Shown here piece after piece: positions 14,506 to 27,212 of a stretch of 64,000 nt of DNA. Below the pieces are notes generated by a model that saw only the letters and a program-made list of their open reading frames with translations, was not told where the DNA came from and did not search any database. The stretch is from Phoronis australis (taxonomy: Eukaryota; Animalia; Phoronida): assembly GCA_002633005.1 (NCBI GenBank), contig NMRA01000001.1, positions 624,625 to 688,624 of the forward strand, given 5' to 3'. The position numbers were made by a program, and so were the translations under genes. Numbering within the stretch: the first letter of the stretch is position 1; every line of letters starts with the position of its first letter.

Positions 14506-15537
14506 CTCCTTAAGTGAAGACAAAAATGGCCGTGAGTCGAGAGATCATCGAGAAAACTATCTAAATGACATGGACATCAGATAGCTCATGAGAAGACAAC
14601 AAGGAGGCAAGTTGACCAAAGTCCGGCTGGTAGTTCAAATATGGAGTCAATGTGGTATGAATGGATTCAGGATCTTCATGGACAGAGGTCACCACTGATT
14701 ATGCTCGCCAAAATAGTTTTCAAAAACAAAATGGATAACAGACTGTCAGGTAAAATCTCACCAATTTCAGGCATAACATGGTCGTCTGCTGAAATTTTTG
14801 CCCCCATTTCTTCAAGACAACCTGAAGAGATCATGAAGAATGATCATTTATCAATTCCTTTTTTGCCAAATAGGTGAGATTTTACTGTACCTATGTCTAC
14901 ACCTCTCTACCCGCTCTTGACAAATCCTCAAACTCCCTCAAAGGATGTTTGATTTCAGCTGTTCATCACGGAGTAAATCAAGTAATAGAGGTACGGAAAT
15001 CTGGACGTACAACGACACAATCATGCGTTTATTGCAGTAATTAGAACAAAGAAGTCCATTCTTCAGGAAGTGCATGTTTTTTAATAGACCTCATCACTGT
15101 GTTATAGCAGCTGTCAACACCTTCAAAGTATGGCTATAGTTAACACCAGTTTGTTTTCACTGAGTGGGCGCAGCACTTGTATATCAGGATTTAAGTGTCA
15201 CAGGAAGTGCGCAAGGTTTTGCCCAGTTGTTGACATTGTTAAAGCAGGACATCTGAATGAACTAAATCAGCATCCAGTAGTTTTCACAAATTTAGTGTAC
15301 AAGTAAAACGCTATTTTATTTTGTCAAACTGCTCTACAAGAGTTCAGATTTTGTTGCGTGCAGATAACATAAAACAACATTTTGTAAACTTTGCTTTGTG
15401 CGCAACAAGGCAATCAGCCTATCTAAAATAACAAAAGAAGCATTTTGGCCACTATTTTTGTGAGAAATAAGTAGAGTATAACAGTAAACACAAACGCGTC
15501 TTGAAGCAGCAGTAACTAAACCTTTACAGCGATCACA

Positions 15538-15672
15538 AAGTTAAAACTATGTTAAACGGATAAGTGTACTGAACGAAGTTAAAGCTATGTTAAACGGATA
15601 CGTGAACGAAGTTAAAGCTATGTTAAACGGATATGTGAACGAAGTTAAAGCTATATTAAACAGATAAGTGAA
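15538..15672. repeat. ~33-bp tandem repeat (~4 copies)
   Basis: AAGTTAAAGCTATGTTAAACGGATA(A/C/T)GTG(AACG) units. Confidence 0.85.
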
Positions 15673-15931
15673 ACTGTTAATTTTTTAAGCATTACAAGGA
15701 ATAACGCACTTGTCTGTTTCATACAAGTTTTATTTGTATACTAAGTCAGCGAAGAATTCATCATTTGCCATAGTCTCGAGGCAGGGTGGCCAAGATATTC
15801 CGTTGGACTGGATTTTTAATGAGACGAGGCTTTCCCCTATGTGTTATGCGAAAGAGGAACACCCGGGAGTAGCCCTGAACTTGTTAAGTCACAGCGGTAT
15901 TCCATCGATCATGTGATGATTACAGTGTGAG

Positions 15932-16016
15932 AAAATACTATGGAGCTTTATAGTGCAAAAATACTATGGAGCTTTATAGTGCAAAAATACTATGGAGCTT
16001 TATAGTGCAAAAATAC
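15932..16016. repeat. 26-bp tandem repeat (~3 copies)
   Basis: AAAATACTATGGAGCTTTATAGTGCA units. Confidence 0.9.
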
Positions 16017-16224
16017 CACCCTAACTTGCAAAAAGCACTTTCATGTACTCGGTCACCGGGCATTTGTAAACATGGATTTCAAAAGGATGTCACAGATGAA
16101 ATGGAGCCCAAGGGATCACTTCTCAGTACAAACAGAAGTTAGTGTTCATGCAGTCATTGTAAACAACCTATCAAACAAGCTCTTGTGTCAGCTCTCAACA
16201 ACTCAAAACAGCCAACACTGGGTG

Positions 16225-16258
16225 GTCACATGACCTGTCACATGACACGTCACATGAC
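16225..16258. promoter_or_regulatory. Three tandem GTCACATGAC E-box/CLEAR-like motifs
   Basis: GTCACATGAC occurs at 16225, 16237 and 16249 (12-bp period), about 200 bp upstream of a + strand donor-like site (CCAG|GTAAAC at 16458/16459). Confidence 0.4.
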
Positions 16259-16654
16259 CTGGCAGGCTTGGTTAAAAGCAACAGAATTGTAGCTTATGTG
16301 TTCAGTCTCTCACATTCACACAGACCCACGAGGCAAAGAATAGAGGGAATTTCTCGTTGCACCAAGCAAATTGATCAAGAAATTTACAACTCAGAGGAGT
16401 AAATTGTGTTTGGAGTACGACTACAGAGGAGACAGCCATGGATCAAGACTAGAACCAGGTAAACAGGCAACACTCTATGTCAGAATTTAATGTAAACAAT
16501 AACAGTTTTAATTATTGTAATGAAGGGTATCTGTAAGGTTATCTATTACGAAACATATCAATTTACAGTTTCCTACTGATTGCATGAACCACAACTCGCA
16601 AGATATTAAATATAATTTATCCAAAAAAGTGTGGAAGATAAACATGAAAATCAA

Positions 16655-16945
16655 GATTTGAACTTCACAATTTTTTTTCATTTTTAATTTGTTTTTGAAG
16701 AATAAAACTTTTTTAATAATTTCATAAAGTTCACAAAAAGTCACGATTACTGAAATTGTTTTTAATCTTCTAACATCACAACATGAACTTTAAAACGACA
16801 TTTGAACTTCACAAAATTGTTATTTTTTTACATTTTTAATTTGTTTTTGAAGAATAAAACACTTTTTCTAAACATTTCTTAAAGCTTACAAAAAGTCACG
16901 AATATTGAAATTTTTAAACTTCTAACATCACAACATGAATTTTAA
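16655..16945. repeat. Local tandem duplication (~145 bp x2)
   Basis: ATTTGAACTTCACAA...TTTTTGAAGAATAAAAC...AAAAAGTCACGA...CTTCTAACATCACAACATGAA occurs twice. Confidence 0.85.
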
Positions 16946-19900
16946 ATAAATCTTCAAACAAATAAATTGAAAATTCCCCCGTTGCACACAAGGTTTCTTG
17001 TGTACTATGTAATACACAACAAGACCTTTACCACCATGCCATCTATCTGGAATGGATTACACTAAAAATTGTTTTTCAATGGATCTTTATGTTTTGGTCT
17101 TCAAACTGAATTATAATGTAGGGTAATCTATTACTTCACTCATGTTAGTTTTCTCTTATTCTTTTGAACTTGGAAGCTGTTTGACTAACACAGAAATGTT
17201 CTGTTTTAAGATTTTTTTGTCAGTTTGGCACATTTTACACACTAAAGGCAGTATTTTGAGCCTTCGTAGTCAAATTCTGGTAAAAACAGCACTTTCCCAA
17301 GCAGGATGTGTTAAGCAGTAAGTTCCTAACATGTCCACTGGCCTATAGTAAGCTTTGTTCCTTTGCCTTTCAGTCCTAATGTCCTTACATAATAATTTAC
17401 CTATAACTACAGCAATTAATAGATCAGACACACAGGCCTTTGTGATCTATGATTTACTTCCAGGGTCAAACTTCCTGTTTGAAGGTTTCTAGGTATTGAT
17501 TTTATAAAAACCGATCAACATAATATTCAAAACATCTTTCAAAGTAAAGAGCACCATGTGATGCCATGGGTAAGAAAAATTTATTTCGGCAACTTTCTAA
17601 ACAAAAATAAAGATCATGGTTTATTCTCAGTTCTGTTTGAACTTAGAAGACGTCATTTAACAAAATTCGGCAAAGTCCCTATAATATTCAGCTAGGTAAT
17701 CAGCTTAAATTTGAAAAATGAGAAATTGGCAAAAGCTTCTGTGGGAAACAAGCACGAGAAGGAATGAATAGATGGTTTAACAAAGCATAAGCCTTTGGCA
17801 GAATTATCAGTAGCTTTAAATACAATATCTTGAGGTCTTACCTTAACACATGTAATAGTGCAACCCAATTTCTTGCCAAAGGTTACCTCTCAACTTCTTT
17901 TACCAGACTCGCACACGGTCAGCTCTAAGCCCTATTCACCTCATCTAACACGCCAGTAGCCAAAGTGTCCTCAGAGGAATTCATTATTTCTGCACTGACA
18001 GTCAGCACCTGGTCCCTCATACCATGTTGCACAGTCTCAAACCCATTTAGGTCAATGAATCAATGTTTGCTCTACATTTCCATACACACTGAGGTTCGCC
18101 CACCAAAATTTTTATAGACTATTTCAGATTTTTGGAGTCCGTGAAAAGAATACAGGCTCCAGTACATTAGCACCGAATGACACAATATATACAGTAAATC
18201 TCATCAATTTAGGACACAACATGGCCAACAAGTGAGATATCATTTCTTCGTTTTCTTCCATAAAAGCACACGTTTTACCAAATAAACACTCCATCGCTGC
18301 TAAGCTTTATAACACCTACTTAACCAGCCAATATATTGACAAACTGTGGACATTCACAGCAGTGTCAGAAACTATTGTAAATGTAAAACGCAGTTTGGGT
18401 AATTATTATATTTGTCAGGAATTGCAACAAAAATGAGGTCACCATGGTGATACCGCCCAGAAGATTAGCATGAAATGAAACGGGTGTTTTTAATTTTAGT
18501 TTTATCTCTTACGTAATTCTCAAACTCCATGACGACACACTAATAAACTCAATAAGGATGTTCCTCCAAAGCCTAATTAAGCCACCAAACAGCAAAACCA
18601 CAGCAAGCGTAACACTGTAAATAATCATCTATTGCCTAATTACACCAACCAATGGTGCTTCTCTCAGTAGATACACCTTACATCACATCAGCTAACTTTT
18701 TGACACTGATCTTAATTGCATCTTCAGTCAAGATCTCCTGTCTAGGCCAGGAATGTACTGATTGGTGGTTGATATTAGAGACCAGACTGGCACTTTGGCT
18801 TGTTACAGCCAGTCCCTTGACACTGAACATCAAGAAATAAGGAACTACCGCTTCTTTTCAATCCCAGAAATCCCTTCTTATCTGAGTGAGAACATCACGT
18901 TGAGACCAATTTCACAGCTGAAGTATTGGTCAAAATCATTATCTACAAAATGTGGGCAAATACTGTTCAGAATTCGCTTAAAATAATGGACTGCAAAAAG
19001 TCGCTACCAAAACAGGGCTTATATGGTTTTATTGAAAAACTTAGTTTCATGAAACGAAAGCAAAATGATAATTTAGAAAATTGTAACAGTTCTTTAGATT
19101 TCATTTCGAGAATAGTTACATCAATAATAGAATTTGGAGATATTACTGCTGCGATTGTTTTGTTACATGTGTACTTTTCTTTTTTTATCAAAATTGTCCT
19201 AAAAAGACATGATCTGATCACATGACGCAATCATATGCAGACAGAATTCGCATTTTGCTTTCATCGAATATTGATAGTGTAGACAGTTCTAAGAAACTCG
19301 TCCATAAATCCAGCGTCATAATACAATAATTTTAAATACCTCTATCCTTAAAATTCACTTTTTTGAATTTTTCTTTAGTTCCCCAATTCCTGTGTTGAAA
19401 GAAGACAATTTCCAAATGACAAGCAAAACAAAGCCACAATTACAAACATCTCACAAACAAAACTCTAACCTTTTACACTTCACTGCAAAACACAGTTTGC
19501 TGAATCTTTTAAAATTCTTTGTTTACGTTAAAAATAACCCCAACCCTGATCCTTGTTTATCAAGGTCACTACTATCTGTTCAGAAACCTAGATACCCAAG
19601 ACGGCAGGTTGTTGGTTGAAAGAGCTTCTAGATGGCACCGGTGTCCCAAATTATTGGCATACTTGCAAATTCCTATTAGCACAGGTGCCTGGAATCAATC
19701 AAGCTCTTGTGGTGTGCGTAATTGGCATGAAAATGTAACACAAAATGACCAGGTAACTGGTCTGAGTTTACAAAAAGATGATGCCGCTGGTTTTAACAGC
19801 AGGCACAAGGATGGCAGGGGGTCTCGGATTTCAAAATAAAGCAATTCCAACTCATAAAACTTGACTTACCCAAAGGCAATAGCATGCACTTTCTGGACAA

Positions 19901-22900
19901 AAATAATACTAATACTAATACTAATACTGATATTCACTAGTTAAAATTGTAACTTCAAACATTTTCATACACCAACGAGTACATATCTCGTTTTCTTTGG
20001 ACTTTTCTTTCCAGTTCATCATATTAAATTAAATGCAGAAATACTTTCCGTGGTCACAGTTATTCAGGAATTACGTGAATTCAGTACGTATCATGTGAAT
20101 CTGATCAGCTATTCCCGACTGAGATACAATGTTCCAAATTTAGCCGATCTGGACATTTTTCTAAGGTACTACATAACGTTAAATGTGTTCACCTACTTTG
20201 GTTGTCAGAGCTCCTTTGGTACTTCTGAGGACCTGAACAAGACCCGAATGCGTGGACAACATACATAACAGAGCAGTGCGACATCATTGCTAGTAATTCA
20301 GTATTAACTGTATTTTATTGTCGTGTTTGATACGTAAGAACTGTTGGCCAATGGCCTCGAGTAAGAATAAATGTATGGTGAAAAGCCTTATCACATGACA
20401 TTAATATCTAAATTTGTCTTATTTAAGTTGAACCAGTTTGTAATAGTTCATAATGCTTTTCATGTTAAAGTTTTTATAGTTGCTAAGCAACACTGAAGGT
20501 TATGTAAGGCAGTATGAACATGTCATTATATAGATTTAAAATTAATTTACATTTTTAAATGAACTTGCATTGTATTTTGTTTCATTGTAGATGTACTTTT
20601 TCTGTTATCTATATTGTTCATTTTAATTAATATCAATTTAATTTACTTGGTGGTCAGCCACTAGCGAACTGTGCCTTTGCTGGCCACCCAGTCATATAAC
20701 AATGTATGTTTTTATAACATTTAAAAAATAAGTTTCTCTNTCTCCCTCTCCCTCACCCTCTCCCTCTAGAAAAATATCTAGAAATTAAACTATAGTTTTA
20801 ACTCAGTAAAAATGTATATATTTTCAAAAAGCAGACAGTCTGAAGCATTTGATTTTTGACTTTTTACCAATCTATTATTAATAGGCTCAAATGAATCACG
20901 GGAACCAATAGGAAATTGGTGAAGCTATTTTGTCATTAGAATTTTGTCATTTTTGCTGTTAGCCACAGGATGGTAAAACAGTATTTTGTAGGTCCGGAGT
21001 ACTTTTGTCAAGCAAGGTATTTACGTATACCACTGTCAGGTGAGCATGAGCAACAATAAAATACCGACTGAAAAACTGTTAATACAATAAGACGATAGAT
21101 ACACAAATCTATCACAATATTTTTTAATTCTAGTCAGCCATATAGCTTTTAAAATGTTTATTTATCCCTGCGTTTCAACTGCTGTTAATCATAAATGAGG
21201 CCATATTCTGAACAAGGTGCGTGTTTGGCTAACTTTCATAATATCTAACTAATGAAGTTTAAAATTGTTATCACTGTTATAATTCATATTATTTATCCGT
21301 ATATTATTGATGTCACGATTACTTATTCAGTCTCCTTACAGCAGCAAAAGAAGCACAGAGAATCTCATTAATTTAGGAAAAAATAACTGCCAGACTGGCC
21401 CCCATTTCCTCACATAAGTTTTTAAAACTGTCAAGAACTGTCACAACTTATCAAAATACAATAAAGTTTTCACACGTTTCAATTTGGCCAAATTCTCATC
21501 AACAAAATCTCAACAGGCGTGATTCCACGCACTTTACTGAAATTGCAACAACTTGCTATTAAAGTCTTGAGTCAACAATTACAGTTACAAGCAATAATGT
21601 CACATTAAATTCAGACTAACGTCCTGTTTCACTACAACAAACGTTTGTCTTGACAAATGATTCTAGCTAAAAAATTTGCTCAAGTTTGAGTGAGTCCGAC
21701 AGAATTTGATCTAGTTTATTTTGAAAACTGCAGTAGTTGTTTGAAATAACGTAGCTTGCAATGGTAGCATGTTGATGTTGCATTTAAGCACAAACCCGCT
21801 GATGTTAAATGGTGACCTCCAAACTGTATTAAATAAATACTATAAATTAAAGAACTAATTTAGTATCTGACAGCAGTTTTCAATGTATGCCATGAAGCAA
21901 CAATTTGCTATTGATACATGTAGAGCAGGCATGATGATTAAAGTTGGCAACATAGCAGAGGGATGAATCTTGAAATAACAAAACCTGGAGTAAGTTTCAA
22001 AATTTTTGAGTCACAAATTAACCTCCATGTTTTCAATGCTGCACTGAGATGTAAGAAGAGAATTTTTTTTATAGTTATTTCCAACTTAGTTAGCACACTC
22101 GCCTAATTTTGCCTACCGAAAATTTTAAAAGCAAATTGAATGTCTAAATTAATAACACGGGATTGCACTTAGATACCCCAAACACCTTGGGTTCATAAGT
22201 ACATGCCAAGTCAAACCCCTATCATTTTGCAGATGTTTGCCACAAATATCGTTGCTGTCACTGGAGAACGGTGAAGACTGTGAAGGAAATGACTCCTCAC
22301 TACTTCCACAATATTCACACCTACAAACAGTGCATGTAAAAAATCGGACAAAACAAGGCAGTGAGAGTTCCTCGTCAAGTTGAGTACAAGTGGAACTCAA
22401 CTCAAGAGTAGCTAAAATGATGAACCACAAGGGGTCACTACCCATCATGAAAAGGATAGAATGTGTATACAGTTACTTAGAAAAATGTTCAAATTTGACT
22501 TACTTCAGAACATCACATCTCAGAAGGAGCTGATTGGATCAATATGAAACATTCAGATACTTGTTAGGGATATTGTTTTGAAAAATTTCATTTTCAAATG
22601 GAAGGCTATAAAATAGGACTTTTGCGATTTCTAGGAAATAAATTAAAGTTTCATAAAACGAAAATGAAGTATTTAAAAAAAACTATACCGGCATTTTTAG
22701 GTCTATTTTGAACATTTGTATGACATAAAATTTGATCATAACTGACATTCCAGTACCTTTCTAATGTTTGCTAAATTTAACTTACACATGGCCACGTGAC
22801 CCAATTAATTGATAAACAGCTAAAAATTAAATTTCACAGTCTTTTTTCCTACAGAAAATAACACTTAGTGTGTTACAATCTACATATTACCTTAAAGTAG

Positions 22901-23060
22901 AAATTGCACGCTAATTCCTTACCTATGTGATTGCTAGGCCAAATTAGTTGGAAACAACACATAAGGACGATGTGAATGTGAAGTTGATTGAAAAATTACC
23001 AAATGTTTTTAACAACAATTTCTGTGGCGAAAATGATCTGTAACTGATCCATGTTCAGTT

Positions 23061-23231
23061 AGTATCGTGATATGGTGCTAGGGAATAACACTGCATGACT
23101 CAGTGAGTATCGTGATATGGTGCTAGGGAATAACACTGCATGACTCAGTGAGTATCGTGATATTGTGCTAGGGAATAACACTGCATGACTCAGTGAGTAT
23201 CATGATATGGTGCTAGGGAATAACACTGCAT
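23061..23231. repeat. 45-bp minisatellite (~3.8 copies)
   Basis: Unit AGTATCGTGATATGGTGCTAGGGAATAACACTGCATGACTCAGTG. Confidence 0.95.
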
Positions 23232-23677
23232 GGTGGGGGCTATGTGAGCTCTCAAGGTACGTCAATAGTACAAGGTCACCTATTCGCACAATTTTTTGGT
23301 TTCACACTTACAAGTTGTCATTGACTACAACAGCACTTGGTTTAGCGTAGATTATGTTAAAAAAGCGTTGTTTAGTGCCTGCTATACATTAGCATAGTTA
23401 GAAGCATGGGAACAAATTCTATATCTCTTGTTGAATGTACCATCACTCTTAATGATTTCTTAATTATTTACTTCAATTACTATCTTGTATTAAAATGTAT
23501 CAACACAGTAATTTCTTGTTTTCGCAGACTTTTGTTGATATGGAATGAAATTTAACTATTGCCACGTATTTTTAGTCTTGCACAATACCGACAATTTCGT
23601 TATTCCTCAACAATGCTAGGCAAATAAAATGACATGCCTTGACCAGTTAACTTGTAAGGCCAATGTCTCAATCAATT

Positions 23678-23830
23678 GACCTATCGCAAACTCCGCCCCC
23701 TTGCAAAATGTCGACAAACAAACAATAAGTTTTACCCATCAATATGTTGTTTGTCTGGTAAAAAGGCGGCTTGGAAACAAAGGAGTTCAGCCATTACACA
23801 AAATAATGGCGATAGGTCAATTATAAATAA
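23678..23830 (+). repeat. Dispersed repeat; second copy at ~37845-38020
   Basis: CTCCGCCCCCTTGC...AAACAAACAATAAGTTTTACCC...GGCTTGGAAACAA is shared by both sites. Confidence 0.8.
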
Positions 23831-24024
23831 ATTGTCAGTTTTTTCCAGGCCAAGAAATCATGCGTATTTTGACCAACGGTGGAGTTAAGACCAGTTTTGT
23901 AACGATAAGTGATCTAAATCAAAAGTGTGTTATAGAGAAGGATAGAGAGGTTTATTGCCAGTTTAATTACTGACATGGGTTTAATCTTCTTATTTTCACA
24001 CTTCAGGGTCTGCATTTGGCTGGC

Positions 24025-25368
24025 ATGACAGCTTACTTACATAACTCCAGTCATAGCAGCATCACCATGGATACCACAGTGTGGACAGAAATGCCAAACA
24101 TAACTACAGCTACCATGACACCTTACAACATTTTGCAACACTACAGCTATCCCGAACTTTTTGATATGCGTGCTCCCTTCTCCGACATCTGGCGTGTTTC
24201 AAAGATCTGTTGGTACGTGTTAGGAATGCCCATGAATCTGATTTCGTTCATCGTCTGGATCCAACCAAAGATGCGTCACTCGTCCGGCTGCTACTTAGCC
24301 GCACTGGCCATCAATGACTTCCTGTTTCTCCTGCATAGTCTTCTGTTCATGTTGGGAGTGCAGCACCACCTGGTGTTATGCCAGATGTTGACCATCACTC
24401 TCTACACTGTGCAGTATCCGTCCACACTTCTCATTCTTGCGTTCACAGTGGAGCAGTATATCGCCATCTGTTACCCAATGAAACGGGGACAATACTGTCA
24501 CTCCTCTATCGCCATGAAAATGATCGCCGCCATATTTCTGTTCTCGTTGGCGCTAAGTGCCATGCAAGGCTACTTTTTCTATTTCGATACCACAAGCAAA
24601 GAGTGTGTAATCAGGAACGAAGTTATTGATCCCTCTCAACTTTGGACTATTTGGTCACACATAACGGAATCACTGGTCTTTCTACTGACGCCGTTCATTA
24701 TCCTTGTCCTGAACATTTTGGTGATCAGGTCAATACGACTGCAGAACCGCCGCATGTCGATGTACGTCTACCAAGAACGGCGACCTCAACACAGATCAAC
24801 GACCATGATGCTCCTGGTCGTCTCTTTCTATTGGATAATCATGACCTTGCCAATCTCAATAATGTATTCAATAAACAATGTCTTCAAGGTAGGCAATGTT
24901 AGTCTCTCTGTCCATGAAGTCATGCAAGACACTGAATGGCAAAAATTTATCAACTATCATATCATCAGACAGGTGATCGACGCCATCTGCATGTCACGTT
25001 TTGCATTGAACTTTTGCATCTATTGCTGCACGGGTCGAATGTTTCGCAAGCAGCTCACCCGCGTGTTCTGTTGCCACAAGATCACAAATGCGTGCGACTC
25101 GGCGAACTCTCTAAACACCTTCTACGAGGAACACTCGTTAGTCGATGGACGCGACTCTATCGTTCTGCGACGTAACTCTAGTGGACACGTGGTCGCACTA
25201 CCAAAGAGGCATGGCTCAAATGGACGCAATGGGTTATCAGTCCCACACGAGTGGACTAGGCGGCGAGCTAACAGTGATGTTACTCATTTCGCTCTACTTA
25301 GAAACAATAATCTTAATGGCATTAGTTTAAAAACTAAGCTCAAGACTAAGAAGGACAGTTCCTTGTAA
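24025..25368 (+). CDS. Class A (rhodopsin-like) peptide GPCR of the FMRFamide-receptor / sex-peptide-receptor / GPR139-like group; CDS in one exon (447 aa from the first ATG)
   Basis: Seven hydrophobic segments. Motifs: GxxxN in TM1 (GMPMN), LAxxD in TM2 (LAIND), Cys at the top of TM3, FTVEQYIAICYP, TLP in TM6, NFCIY...GRMFRKQL in TM7/helix 8, and N-terminal NxS/T sites. A splice acceptor TTTTCACACTTCAG ends at 24006, just upstream of the ATG at 24025. Confidence 0.93.
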   Translation: MTAYLHNSSHSSITMDTTVWTEMPNITTATMTPYNILQHYSYPELFDMRAPFSDIWRVSKICWYVLGMPMNLISFIVWIQPKMRHSSGCYLAALAINDFLFLLHSLLFMLGVQHHLVLCQMLTITLYTVQYPSTLLILAFTVEQYIAICYPMKRGQYCHSSIAMKMIAAIFLFSLALSAMQGYFFYFDTTSKECVIRNEVIDPSQLWTIWSHITESLVFLLTPFIILVLNILVIRSIRLQNRRMSMYVYQERRPQHRSTTMMLLVVSFYWIIMTLPISIMYSINNVFKVGNVSLSVHEVMQDTEWQKFINYHIIRQVIDAICMSRFALNFCIYCCTGRMFRKQLTRVFCCHKITNACDSANSLNTFYEEHSLVDGRDSIVLRRNSSGHVVALPKRHGSNGRNGLSVPHEWTRRRANSDVTHFALLRNNNLNGISLKTKLKTKKDSSL

Positions 25369-25410
25369 ATATTGTTGAGAAAATATGATAAAAACAATGT
25401 ATACATTTAA

Positions 25411-25851
25411 GTGTCGTCTACACACAGACTTACCATAAAAGATTAGTGACACTTTCATGACATAACGCACTCAAGTTGTCACTAGGTTTGAGGGCTGTGT
25501 GTACACTATTTAACCAAGTGCACCTTGTTCCACATGCAGCAACTTAGTTCACCTTAGCGAGGTAGGCTAACTTGTTCTAGGGTAAGTTGCTGCATTTCTA
25601 ATCCTTGTGAGACTGCAAACCTGGCACAAGGCGAAAGTAATTATCAACTGCGCTTGCAGTTATATAATCGAGTCTACTGTTCATACCATACTCCCATTAG
25701 CTGTTCATTGTCGTGCGCAGAGCGACAACACGTACACCTTACACAAGTTAACACAAATTATCAGCTAAATGTATGAGGACGCTTCACTTAAAGTGGGGCA
25801 AGGTGCACTGCATCCAAGTTGTTTTAGGGCAAGTCTGTGTGTAGACTGGTC
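25411..25851. mobile_element. MITE flanked by TTAA, immediately 3' of the GPCR stop codon
   Basis: Inverted ends GTCTACACACAGACTT / AAGTCTGTGTGTAGAC, an inner inverted pair GTGCACCTTG / CAAGGTGCAC, and TTAA on both sides. Confidence 0.75.
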
Positions 25852-26929
25852 TTAATGGAGTGATGTGACAGAGGTATGGTAGCTCTTCTACTATTTATCA
25901 CGTAAAATTTCCAATTCTATTTCGTAAAACTTTTCGCTAAAAGTTAAGACTACAAAAATTTTAGTATTATCATTGGCTTGGTCAATTATATTCGGCAGAA
26001 GTTCGACAGTTAGGAGCAAGATAAACAACACACGAACAATACGTGAAGAATTGCGTAAAATTACTTCACTTACAATACTTTGTCACGGCAAACAACACCG
26101 CAGAAAAAGACGACAAGAAAGGCAAAAAGGAACTTTATTTTTGTCCAAATATACCAAATTTTAAAAACTTTGGAGGTGCTGTATTATTAATGTACAGGTA
26201 CGATCTGAATTTGATCAAAAAAGGACACAATTAAGTGACCAAGGGTTATTGCAAGCTTAAACACAAAAAGAAACCAATAAAGGGCTTCAGTTGTAAAAAA
26301 AGTTTCACTGAATTCTGAAATGGTCCAAGCTGTTGGTGATGCTTGACAAATTTGATCAAAATCCAAATACAGAATAATGACAGAGGGCATGTATGGTAAA
26401 CAATAGACTGTCACAAAGTTTGGCTCCAGCTAAATGTTAACATAAGGACATGTAATGATCTTTAGGTGAATTTTCAACACTGTAAATATCATTATGCGGA
26501 ATATAGTAATTTCTAAACAAATTTAATTATTTTTTCTATTCGTGCTTTTGGGAATTTCCAAAATTAAGAGTATACCGGACTTGTTTCTCAGGCACACAAT
26601 GTCGCCAGTTCTTGAATTTACCTCAGGAATGGCAATTTTTAATTGTTTTAAATTATGCTACTTCAATCACTGTAATTACGTTTCGCACTTTTGTGGCTCA
26701 ACACTCTCTAGCAAACTTGAAAAACTTTAGTAGAGGGCCCTGAAATTTGTTTTCCAGGATTTTGTTATTCAAGGTATGGGGGATTGTTATTGCGGTCGAG
26801 CATTCCCTCACTTGACTTTAGGTGTAGGCGAACTATTCTACTGGGTTTTCAGGGCCATGTACCACTTGTCCCCAGTTTTAGGTGGGACCTGTCTGAGGAG
26901 AAAGAAACCCCCGTACGTGGGTCGCATCA

Positions 26930-27212
26930 TGTCAGTCAAGTTCGAACCTGGTAGGTATGGGCTAAATTCTCTTCGATCTTATGTTGTACGGCTGTGGAAT
27001 TCTCAACCCAGACATATTGTGAGAGAATCATTTAACAAGTTCAAAAGAAACCTTAATTTACGGTTTTGGTAGCCTGGATGTATAGTCTTATTTGTTTGCT
27101 TTTTTCTGACATGTGCAAACTATTTTAAATTGTCAATGATAATAGCCACTGGCTAATGTTTTATGTTAACTCTGAAAACTGACAATAAATAATTTTAATA
27201 AAAAATAATATA
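26930..27212 (+). mobile_element. 3' remnant of a CR1/L2-group LINE
   Basis: The translation RYGLNSLRSYVVRLWNSQPRHIVRESFNKFKRNL resembles the C-terminal 'WN.LP...S...FK..L' motif of CR1/L2 ORF2. It is followed by AATAAA and an A-rich tail. Confidence 0.65.

Noticed and set aside
22149-22448. 99-aa Cys-containing minus-strand ORF as a further HERC1 exon
   Set aside because: It does not resemble the WD40, RLD2 or HECT sequence. The + strand has an acceptor-like site at ~22232, so if anything it is a GPCR UTR exon.
24378-25330. Overlapping alternative-frame ORFs within the GPCR
   Set aside because: They are shadow ORFs of the coding exon with no independent motifs.
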